A DNA stretch of 33,793 nt from Methanomassiliicoccales archaeon. Its GTDB lineage: Archaea > Thermoplasmatota > Thermoplasmata > Methanomassiliicoccales > JACIVX01. The notes beneath the pieces were generated by a model that was not told the DNA's origin, did not search any database, and saw only the letters and a program-made list of their open reading frames with translations. The stretch is from NCBI GenBank assembly GCA_024464195.1, contig JANHAK010000001.1, positions 1 through 33,793 of the forward strand, in the 5' to 3' direction. Position numbers and translations under genes: made by a program. Below, piece by piece: positions 20,060 through 28,041 of this stretch (positions are counted from its first letter, which is position 1; each line of letters opens with the position of its first letter).

Positions 20060-20968
20060 ATGAATTTTCTTTCGTGGATCGCGATCATCATCGTTATTGT
20101 TTCAATTTTCCTCGGTTTCACGAAACGAGTCAGTATGACAAATTCGTTGATCATGGGAAATCTTGTTATTTATTTTTTGACGATTATTTCACTCGAAAAT
20201 TTTGGCTTCTTTGCGATCTCGCCAGTCCAGCTCGAATTGGGATTTAAGCCAGTGTATCTCATGACGGGAGAGAATTTTTACACTCTGATCACGCAGATGT
20301 TTGTGCACTCGTCGATAGCCCATATCTTTTTCAATATGCTCTTTCTTTTTCTCATAGGCGGGCACCTCGAATTGAGAATTGGAAAATCGCGGTTTTTCGC
20401 GATTTATTTACTAGCCGGCGTGATCGGAGTGTTGATGGAATCACTCGTTCAATGGGGTTCAAATGTGTTAATTATTGGGGCTTCTGGGGCGATTTCGGGT
20501 GCCATGGGTGCATTGCTCCTCCTTTATCCAAAAGAGGAAATTCCGATGTTTCTGGGACCCATTTTCTTACCTCGCGTACCTGTTTGGCTTTCAGTCGGAA
20601 CATGGTTTGCGATCCAAGTTGCTATGGTTTTTGTCGACTCAGGACCGATCGCCTACACCGCACATATTGGCGGATTTCTTGCTGGGGCGTTGCTCGCCTC
20701 AGCAATGTCTCCTGGGATTAAAGTCGCCGACCAGAGAAAACGTGAGGCATTTCGATTCGAGACCTCAGCGCTTGAATCCCTAGCGACGACGGAGGAGCTT
20801 AAAAACGCACTAGCAATTATAAGAGAAGAAAAATTTGAGGACGTGAGAAAGGCGTGGCTTGAATATTTTGCGAAGCATGCCCGATGTCCAAAATGCGGAT
20901 CACCACTTTCTTGCAATCGCTATCAACTTCGGTGCACTTCATGTGATTTTGCAACGGTGGTGAAATGA
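20060..20968 (+). CDS. Rhomboid family intramembrane serine protease with C-terminal Zn-ribbon
   Basis: MFVH...HIFFNM, GASG (nt 20477-20488), AHIGG; C-terminal CPKC...CTSC. Start at ATG 20060. Confidence 0.92.
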   Translation: MNFLSWIAIIIVIVSIFLGFTKRVSMTNSLIMGNLVIYFLTIISLENFGFFAISPVQLELGFKPVYLMTGENFYTLITQMFVHSSIAHIFFNMLFLFLIGGHLELRIGKSRFFAIYLLAGVIGVLMESLVQWGSNVLIIGASGAISGAMGALLLLYPKEEIPMFLGPIFLPRVPVWLSVGTWFAIQVAMVFVDSGPIAYTAHIGGFLAGALLASAMSPGIKVADQRKREAFRFETSALESLATTEELKNALAIIREEKFEDVRKAWLEYFAKHARCPKCGSPLSCNRYQLRCTSCDFATVVK

Positions 20969-21540
20969 AAGGAATGAGAGTAGAAGTTCTGTTCGAAGGC
21001 ATGATTCGAAAAGCTGGTGGTTTCGTCGTTGAGGCGCACTCAAGTTCAACCCTTATTTACAATGATGAGATAAGAGCAATCGTGGATACAAGCAGCAGCG
21101 CGTATCGCGAAAAATTGCTCACTTCTCTTAGAAACTTAGATATTGGATGCGATGAGATCGATGTCGTAGTGGCTACGCACCTTCACTACGATCACATTGG
21201 GAATAACGATCTTTTCGCTCAAGCGCGGTTTATCGCTCACGTAAACGAGTATCCCCCTGAACATTACGTGAAGATCTCTAGTGATGTTGATCTCTTTGAA
21301 GGTGTCCGCATCGTTCATACACCAGGGCACACGCGAGGTAGCATCAGTGTCTTCGTCGAGTCGGAATCGAGAGTTGCAATCGTAGGCGACGCGCTACCAA
21401 CGAAGGATAATTATGTGAAATGGTTGCCGCCAGGAATTCATTACGATGCATCAGAGGCGCTCAAGAGTATGAAGAGAATAGTCACTTTTGCAGATCTCGT
21501 GATTCCAGGCCACGACCGCCCGTTTAAGATCAACCGATAA
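20965..21540 (+). CDS. Metallo-beta-lactamase fold hydrolase
   Basis: THLHYDHIG, TPGHT, VGD, IPGHD. Confidence 0.92.
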   Translation: MKGMRVEVLFEGMIRKAGGFVVEAHSSSTLIYNDEIRAIVDTSSSAYREKLLTSLRNLDIGCDEIDVVVATHLHYDHIGNNDLFAQARFIAHVNEYPPEHYVKISSDVDLFEGVRIVHTPGHTRGSISVFVESESRVAIVGDALPTKDNYVKWLPPGIHYDASEALKSMKRIVTFADLVIPGHDRPFKINR

Positions 21541-21561
21541 TTATAACTGGGGGTACGCTCA

Positions 21562-22179
21562 ATGAATTTGAAGATCGAAATGACAATCCCGAGTGCTGTT
21601 TACTTGGAGTGCCCCTCGTGCGGTACAAATACTCTCCATGAGGTTCTCAGAGGTAGGGTCGGAGGAAAGAAAGAAACACTGGAGGCGACGGTGCGCTGCA
21701 GGAAATGTGGCACCATTCATACTACTCTTTACACCGAAATGAAACCGCGAAAGATCCCTATCGTCATCAGCGATTTTGGAAAATCGCGGAAAGAGGAAAT
21801 CGAACTCGGTCCAGACGAACTGGTCACGATCGGCGATGAGCTGATTGTTGGGGATACGCAAGTCATTGTGACCTCGATCGAAAGCGGCGAAAAAAGAATA
21901 AAAGAATGCGTCGCCAGGGAAATAGGCACGATATGGGCGAAGAGATTTGATAGGGTGAAGGTTAAGATATCAATCAATAAGGGCACCAAGACGATTCCCG
22001 CCGAGATGCTTGTTCCGCCCGATGAGGAGTTTTACGTTGGGGATCTCCTGACTGTCGGGAAGTACCATGTTGTTGTACATAATATCAAGACGAAGGACAG
22101 AATGCTAAGAGATGGTGGAAGCGAGGCGCGAGAGATTGTCAGAATTTATGCCAAGATCGTCAGGACGACGAGCGCTTGA
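21562..22179 (+). CDS. HVO_0476-like archaeal zinc-finger protein
   Basis: CPSC...HEVL...VRC.KC..H N-terminal Zn finger, followed by two repeated beta domains (..I..IWA.. / ..I.RIYA). Confidence 0.8.
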   Translation: MNLKIEMTIPSAVYLECPSCGTNTLHEVLRGRVGGKKETLEATVRCRKCGTIHTTLYTEMKPRKIPIVISDFGKSRKEEIELGPDELVTIGDELIVGDTQVIVTSIESGEKRIKECVAREIGTIWAKRFDRVKVKISINKGTKTIPAEMLVPPDEEFYVGDLLTVGKYHVVVHNIKTKDRMLRDGGSEAREIVRIYAKIVRTTSA

Positions 22180-22191
22180 GGTGCTTGTGGC

Positions 22192-22845
22192 ATGGATTTC
22201 GACATCGAAAGGAAACGAATGATCAGATCTCTCGTTGAAAAGGGCTACCTCACAAAGCCTGATGTGATTAAGGCGATGGAAAAAGTCCCTCGACATCTCT
22301 TTGTCCCTGAGGGTATTCGTCGAAGTGCATACATTGATACGCCTCTTTCAATCGGGGAAGGACAAACAATCTCCGCACCGCATATGGTTGCGATTATGGT
22401 CGAAGCTCTCGATCTTCGTCCCGGTATGAAGGTTCTCGAGGTTGGTGGAGGATCGGGTTATCATGCAGCAGTTATGGGAGAGATTGTGAGACCAGATGGC
22501 CATGTGTATAGTGTTGAAAGGATCGAATCTCTTGCTGAAAGGGCAAAAAAGAATCTCAAAGAGGCGGGGTATGACGACATCGTGACGATCGTCGTTGGCG
22601 ATGGTTCAAAGGGCCTGGGGGAATTCGCACCATTTGACAGGATTTGTGTTGCTGCGGCGGCTCCTGGAGTGCCCGAACCGTTAAAACAGCAGCTTGCTGA
22701 CGATGGCAAATTGCTCATACCAGTTGGAGGTCGATGGTATCAGGATCTCATTCTCGTCGAGAGAAAACAAAACAAATTTCTTCAAACAAACCTCGGTGGC
22801 TGTGTCTTTGTGCCACTAATTGGTGAGTACGGATACGGCAATTGA
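22192..22845 (+). CDS. pcm: Protein-L-isoaspartate O-methyltransferase
   Basis: VPRHLF, GQTISAPHMVA, LEVGGGSGY, GDGS.G, APFDRI, FVPLIG. Confidence 0.97.
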   Translation: MDFDIERKRMIRSLVEKGYLTKPDVIKAMEKVPRHLFVPEGIRRSAYIDTPLSIGEGQTISAPHMVAIMVEALDLRPGMKVLEVGGGSGYHAAVMGEIVRPDGHVYSVERIESLAERAKKNLKEAGYDDIVTIVVGDGSKGLGEFAPFDRICVAAAAPGVPEPLKQQLADDGKLLIPVGGRWYQDLILVERKQNKFLQTNLGGCVFVPLIGEYGYGN

Positions 22846-23507
22846 GAAGGTACTTCGAAGATGAATGGAAGAACGGCACGCAAATCATTTGATTGAACAG
22901 TGACATGAGCCTTTCTAACGACGATCTCATCAATCGGATTAAATGCGATTGAAAGACCACTCTCTTCAAACATCGACACATCGACGAAGCTATTTCCTAT
23001 ACTCACAACTCTGTTTCTTGCAATGCCCCATTTTTTCAGAAATGAATCAAGTGCCCGTCGTTTATTCGTCAGTTCAACCCTCAAAATCCCTTCGCCAGTT
23101 AAGCAGCCATTTTCATCGTACTCGAGACCATTTGCAATATAATCGTCAAATCCAAAGACACGCTTGATTTTTTCAGCAATAATGTCTAATCCTCCACTCA
23201 CGATGACAACTTTCATCCCAGCATTTTTCAATGCGCGGACTGTTTCATCAATGCCTTCCAGAAGGGGCAGAGGGCTAAGAATTCTTTCGATATCATCTCT
23301 GTTTAAATCACTCTTGCACGATTTCCAAAGAGCGATGTCTCTGCGCATGAACTCGATATCGTCAATTTCGCCATGGATGTACCTTTCCAGCGAGGTCTCA
23401 TTATTCACGCCGAAATGATCATGGATCCATGTCCATGAGCTTGGATAATCGACGAGAACACCATCCATATCAAAGGCCACAAGATCGAAGCGTCTTTCCA
23501 TCGTCAT
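22782..23507 (-). CDS. HAD-IB family phosphatase (phosphoserine phosphatase-like)
   Basis: FDMDGVL motif I, VSGG motif II, K motif III, GNSFVD variant of motif IV. Start at ATG 23507 or 23501. Confidence 0.85.
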   Translation of the reverse strand: MTMERRFDLVAFDMDGVLVDYPSSWTWIHDHFGVNNETSLERYIHGEIDDIEFMRRDIALWKSCKSDLNRDDIERILSPLPLLEGIDETVRALKNAGMKVVIVSGGLDIIAEKIKRVFGFDDYIANGLEYDENGCLTGEGILRVELTNKRRALDSFLKKWGIARNRVVSIGNSFVDVSMFEESGLSIAFNPIDEIVVRKAHVTVQSNDLRAVLPFIFEVPSQLPYPYSPISGTKTQPPRFV

Positions 23508-23555
23508 TTTCCTGATCAGAGAAGAGCATGAAAAGATTATTAAAATCTTCGCGCC

Positions 23556-24290
23556 ATGAGTCGAATAATGATCACGCTTGTCGGTGTGGGTCACGTTTTT
23601 AATCTTTCGGAGCAGGTGCGCCAGATCATATTCTCTCAGAAACCCAATGTTGTTTGTGTCGAATTGGATCCCCACCGTTATGAGATTCTACGCAATCCTC
23701 AGACGGCTCAGTCAATGCCTATTATGTATCGCATGCTCGCTGAAGTGCAGAAAAGAATGGCAAAAGAATTTGGTGGAGAAGTTGGAATGGAGATGATTGC
23801 TGCGACTGAGGCCGCGAAAGAAATCGGAGCAGTCGTCGAGTTCATCGATGAGGATGCGGCGGTGGTTTTCGAAAAACTTTGGAAAGAAATGCCGGTCAAA
23901 GAAAAGGTCTGCCTTATGTTTTCGGCAATTACTGGTTTTTTTATGACCAAAGGAAAAATCGAGAAAGAATTGGAAAGATTTGAGGAGAATGGGGAGGATT
24001 ACATCAAGTCATTCGGTGAACAGTTTCCGACGATCAAGAAAATACTCATCGACGATCGTAATAGAATGATGGCATCGAGAATAGAAGACGCATGTGCGCA
24101 TCATGGTGAAGTAGTGGCCGTGGTCGGCGATGGCCACATTGAGGGTATCAAGAAGCTTCTGAATGATAATGAAATCAAGGTTTTCAGATTGCGGGATTTG
24201 AGAGTATGGCCATCCCACGATGGAAAGAAAACGCCGGCTGGCAACGCCGAAGCATCCTTCCATTTTACTTACTCGGATCAGTATTTATGA
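23556..24290 (+). CDS. TraB/PrgY-domain protein
   Basis: LVGVGHV, VCVELD..RY, G.EM.AA, LIDDRN..MA, VVG.GH..GI motifs. Confidence 0.88.
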   Translation: MSRIMITLVGVGHVFNLSEQVRQIIFSQKPNVVCVELDPHRYEILRNPQTAQSMPIMYRMLAEVQKRMAKEFGGEVGMEMIAATEAAKEIGAVVEFIDEDAAVVFEKLWKEMPVKEKVCLMFSAITGFFMTKGKIEKELERFEENGEDYIKSFGEQFPTIKKILIDDRNRMMASRIEDACAHHGEVVAVVGDGHIEGIKKLLNDNEIKVFRLRDLRVWPSHDGKKTPAGNAEASFHFTYSDQYL

Positions 24291-24343
24291 AAACCATATA
24301 TCACACAAGAACAATCTATTAACACGAAGTTAAGGGGCGATCG

Positions 24344-25024
24344 ATGAGGGTCAAACTTCTTTCTTACACGAAGGATGCCGAAAAACTCTGTGCCGCGGCC
24401 GCACAATCTTGTTACTCAGAAAAACCAGCGAGCGAATTGTTAACGGATATTGATGATGCCCGGTCAGGCAAAATCATCTCAAAAGTTGTAGGCATGGGTC
24501 ATCATTCTGTAATTGAGCACGCATGTTACACCTTTAGCGTCGAAGGCGTTTCAAGGGCACTGACACATCAGCTTGTGCGGCACAGGATTGCGTCATATTC
24601 ACAGCAGAGCCAGCGTTACGTCTCAATGGATCACGCGTATTACGTGATTCCCCCTAGCATTGAAAAAGACAGAGAGATGGCTAGTGAATTCAAGAGACTG
24701 ATGGATGAGATTTGGAAAGTCTATAGGCGATTATCTGAAAAGGTTGACGTAGAAGATGCGCGGTACGTGTTGCCAAATGCATGCGCGACGAATATCACTG
24801 TGACGATGAACGCGAGAGAATTGCTGCATTTTTTTTCACTTCGCTGTTGCAATCGTGCTCAGTGGGAGATCAGAGAAGTCGCTGATAAAATGCTAGCTGA
24901 AGTCAAAAGGGTCTCACCGGCAATTTTCGAAAACGCGGGACCGCCTTGCATGAGGGGACCATGTCCTGAGGGCAAAATGAGTTGTGGAAAGCCGCGGCGT
25001 GACGAGTTGAAAAGGCTTAAATAA
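24344..25024 (+). CDS. thyX: Flavin-dependent thymidylate synthase
   Basis: GHHSVIEH, HQLVRHRIASYSQQSQRY (RHRx7S), EDARY.LP, NARE, AQWEIR. Confidence 0.96.
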   Translation: MRVKLLSYTKDAEKLCAAAAQSCYSEKPASELLTDIDDARSGKIISKVVGMGHHSVIEHACYTFSVEGVSRALTHQLVRHRIASYSQQSQRYVSMDHAYYVIPPSIEKDREMASEFKRLMDEIWKVYRRLSEKVDVEDARYVLPNACATNITVTMNARELLHFFSLRCCNRAQWEIREVADKMLAEVKRVSPAIFENAGPPCMRGPCPEGKMSCGKPRRDELKRLK

Positions 25025-25058
25025 CAATATGGCTTAACCCGATGCTACCGGTGTAGGC

Positions 25059-25250
25059 ATGGGAAAAATACGACCTACGTATATCAAGAGGGTGGCGCTT
25101 GAACTTGTCAAGAAATATCCGAAAGCGTTCAATGACGATTTCGAGCACAATAAGCTGTTGGTAGAGAAGCTTACCGATGTTTACTCTCCCGCGATGAGGA
25201 ATCGCATAGCAGGTTACGTGACGCGATACTGGCAGCAGCTCGAACAATGA
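25059..25250 (+). CDS. rps17e: 30S ribosomal protein S17e
   Basis: MGKIRP.YIKR, F..DF..NK, RNRIAGYVT. Confidence 0.96.
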   Translation: MGKIRPTYIKRVALELVKKYPKAFNDDFEHNKLLVEKLTDVYSPAMRNRIAGYVTRYWQQLEQ

Positions 25251-25292
25251 TCGATAGTTTTTTCATCACCCTCTTTCTTCTCTTCGCCAACG

Positions 25293-26258
25293 ATGAACAA
25301 TGCTGTTGAGTGTAGATCACTGACTCGATCTTTCAAAGGGAATGCGAAGCAGCAGGCGATCATCGCGCTCGATAACATCGATCTCGATGTTAGAGAAGGC
25401 GAGCTTTTTGGCTTGCTCGGACCGAATGGTGCTGGCAAGACAACATTGATCAAAATCCTTGCAACTCTATTACTTCCTTCGTCAGGAAAGGTCACAGTAT
25501 TGGGATATGATGTAGAACGGGAAGCGCATAAGATAAGACCTCGCATTAACATGGTTTCTGGCGGGGAATTTTCTGGATATGGATTATTGACTGTGAGAGA
25601 AAATCTCTGGATGTTTTCGCAATTCTATGGTATCCCGACTAGGATTGCAAAGCAAAGGATCGATGAATTGCTCCATGACTTCGAGCTCGCAGACAAGGCG
25701 GACGCGAAAGTGAGAACGATATCGACGGGCCAACGGCAAAGAATGAATGTCGTCAGAGGTTTTGTAACCGACCCTGATTTAATTTTTCTTGATGAGCCAA
25801 CGCTTGGTCTCGATGTCAATTCGAGCAGGACAATCCGAGATTACATACGAAGGTGGGTTAGAGAACAGAATGGAAAAACGGCACTGATCACAACTCATTA
25901 TATGATGGAGGCTGAGGAACTCTGTGATCGGGTCGCGATCATCGACAGGGGACGCATTCTCGCCTGCGACTCGCCTTGCAACCTTAAGAAACAAGTTCAG
26001 AGAGACGCTGTTTTCACTCTTGAAACAACGCAATTCGCCGATCTCGATTCAATCGGGCATATCAGCGGCGTGAAGGGGTACACTGGTGAAACCAATGGGG
26101 AACGACAGAAGATTAGGATCGTAGCCGAAGAGGAGTCCGTGCTGGCTGAAGTCATCCAGGTGATAGCGGGAAAGGGGGGAAAGGTGATCTCACTAACCAA
26201 GGTTGAGTCAACACTTGAGGATGTCTTCTTGCAGCTCGTTGGAAGAGGACTGATATGA
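25293..26258 (+). CDS. ABC-2 type exporter ATP-binding subunit
   Basis: GPNGAGKTT, signature variant ISTGQ, FLDEPT.GLD, TTHYM.EAE.LCD. Confidence 0.95.
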   Translation: MNNAVECRSLTRSFKGNAKQQAIIALDNIDLDVREGELFGLLGPNGAGKTTLIKILATLLLPSSGKVTVLGYDVEREAHKIRPRINMVSGGEFSGYGLLTVRENLWMFSQFYGIPTRIAKQRIDELLHDFELADKADAKVRTISTGQRQRMNVVRGFVTDPDLIFLDEPTLGLDVNSSRTIRDYIRRWVREQNGKTALITTHYMMEAEELCDRVAIIDRGRILACDSPCNLKKQVQRDAVFTLETTQFADLDSIGHISGVKGYTGETNGERQKIRIVAEEESVLAEVIQVIAGKGGKVISLTKVESTLEDVFLQLVGRGLI

Positions 26259-27070
26259 TTGATTGGCGTTTGAATCTCCGTGCTGTTATCGGAAGAGCCT
26301 ATCCACGAGTCATTGGATCTTTTAGAGAACCAAGTTGGTTATTTTTTGACATCTTCCTTCCTCTTTTGGGGATCGCGGCTTTTGCTTTTTATTATCAAGC
26401 ACTCGGCGCCCCCTCGGTTTTCATTGGCTTTGTAATTCTTGGCGGCGCGATGACAGCATACTGGCTCAACGTTCTCTGGAGTATGGCGGCACAATTCTAC
26501 TGGGAGAAAGAAGTGGGAAACCTCCAGCTATACCTCATGGCGCCGATGTCGCGCATGTCTGTTCTTGCTGGTATGGCACTTGGTGGTATTTTTTTCACTT
26601 CAGTTCGCGCACTGTCAACACTTGCTTTAGGATTGCTAATTTTTGGCATCGAAATCGAGATCACTTCTCCAATTAGCCTCCTGGTCGTCTTCTTTCTAAC
26701 CCTTTTTGCATTGTACGGCATGGGGATGATGTTCTCCTCCCTTTACCTCCTCTACGGCAGGGGCGTATGGCATTTATCGAGCGTTTTTCAGGAACCGATC
26801 TATTTCGTTTCTGGCTTTTATTTCCCAGTAAAAGCCCTTGGATTTTGGGTATCGCTTCTTGCTTCAATTGTTCCAATCACTCTCGGTCTCGATGCGATGA
26901 GACAGCTGATTTTCGCTGGGCAGGAAACGATGGGATTTCTACCAGTCAGTGTCGAGATCGTTGTTCTTATCCTTTTGGCGGTTGTTTTCATTTACGGCGC
27001 CCGCGTCGCGCTTAATTTCATGGAGAATCTCGGCAAGAGAGAAGGGAGGTTGACCTTGCGATGGCAGTAA
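26255..27070 (+). CDS. ABC-2 type transporter permease
   Basis: Six hydrophobic segments; WEKE.G.L...P motif; SGFYFP; overlaps the ATPase stop. Confidence 0.9.
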   Translation: MIDWRLNLRAVIGRAYPRVIGSFREPSWLFFDIFLPLLGIAAFAFYYQALGAPSVFIGFVILGGAMTAYWLNVLWSMAAQFYWEKEVGNLQLYLMAPMSRMSVLAGMALGGIFFTSVRALSTLALGLLIFGIEIEITSPISLLVVFFLTLFALYGMGMMFSSLYLLYGRGVWHLSSVFQEPIYFVSGFYFPVKALGFWVSLLASIVPITLGLDAMRQLIFAGQETMGFLPVSVEIVVLILLAVVFIYGARVALNFMENLGKREGRLTLRWQ

Positions 27071-27915
27071 ACGAACATCTTCGAACGATCAGATGGGCGG
27101 CATGGCTTGGCTGGCAGATGGAGTCGAATTGGACGAGTCCATTTCTTTTCATTATTTATTCCATTATTAAACCAATTATGGCAACACTGATTGTCGTTTT
27201 CATGTATCTCATTATTCTCAAGTCTGTCAATGCTGATCCTGTGCTCTTTTCTTATATGTTCATCGGGAATGCCTTTTATATGTATGTAGCCCAGGTTTTG
27301 TTCGGCATCAGCTGGGTGGTGCATGAAGATCGGGAACATTATCAGACGTTGAAGCAGATCTACATCGCTCCAATCAACTTTCCAGTCTATCTTGTTGGGC
27401 GGGGAATCAGCAAGATTATTATCACAACGGCCTCTGTCATCGTGACGCTCGCATTTGGAATTTTGGTTCTCGGTTTGCCCGTCAATATTTGGAAAATCGA
27501 TTGGCCGTTGTTAATTGTTGCGATGGTCCTCGGACTCTTTTGCATATGCACGATTGGCATCGCGCTCGCAGGCATTTCTTTGCTGACAGCGCGCCACGGG
27601 ACAGGAATCAATGAAGGAGTCGCTGGCGTTTTCTATTTGTTTTGCGGCGTAATTTTCCCCATCACCTTTCTGCCTTCCTGGGGGCAGTCGATCGCTTTTT
27701 TCATTCCGATCACTTACTGGCTTGAACTTTTGAGGCGCTCGATGATGCCCGAGACTATTTCGATTAGCGGTCTTGCGAATTACTCAGCGCAGGAGATGAT
27801 GGTCTTGCTTCTTGTTTCTATCCTCCTCTTTCTTTTTTTCTCCCTAATCATCTTAAAATATGCAGATTTCCTTGCCCGAAAAAAAGGAAAACTGGATATG
27901 ACGACAGCTTATTAG
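27061..27915 (+). CDS. ABC-2 type transporter permease
   Basis: Six TM segments; EDRE..TL..IY.AP; GVIFP..LP; overlaps the preceding permease. Confidence 0.9.
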   Translation: MAVNEHLRTIRWAAWLGWQMESNWTSPFLFIIYSIIKPIMATLIVVFMYLIILKSVNADPVLFSYMFIGNAFYMYVAQVLFGISWVVHEDREHYQTLKQIYIAPINFPVYLVGRGISKIIITTASVIVTLAFGILVLGLPVNIWKIDWPLLIVAMVLGLFCICTIGIALAGISLLTARHGTGINEGVAGVFYLFCGVIFPITFLPSWGQSIAFFIPITYWLELLRRSMMPETISISGLANYSAQEMMVLLLVSILLFLFFSLIILKYADFLARKKGKLDMTTAY

Positions 27916-27962
27916 GCAGAAAGTGAATTAAAGGGTATACCGATATCCCGGAAGAAAAAAAT

Positions 27963-28036
27963 GCCCGAGTGGGGTAGCTTGGACATCCTAGGAGGCTGCG
28001 GACCTCCAGACCCGGATTCGAATTCCGGCTCGGGCA
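27963..28036 (+). tRNA. tRNA-Arg (anticodon GCG), CCA not encoded
   Basis: Acceptor GCCCGAG/CTCGGGC; anticodon arm GGAGG-CTGCGGA-CCTCC (GCG at 27998-28000); T arm CCGGA-TTCGAAT-TCCGG. Confidence 0.93.
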
Positions 28037-28041
28037 CTTCC

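Noticed and set aside
23556..24290. TraB as evidence of a conjugative element
   Set aside because: This is the widespread chromosomal TraB/PrgY family; no other transfer genes are present.
17490..27915. TAG stops (gatD, HemK-like, second permease) as pyrrolysine read-through sites
   Set aside because: All fall at natural protein ends next to neighbouring features. No gene appears split by an in-frame amber codon, and no pyl genes are in the window.
25293..27915. ISTGQ instead of LSGGQ as an inactive ABC ATPase
   Set aside because: This signature variant is common in ABC-2 exporters; Walker A, Walker B and the H-loop are intact.
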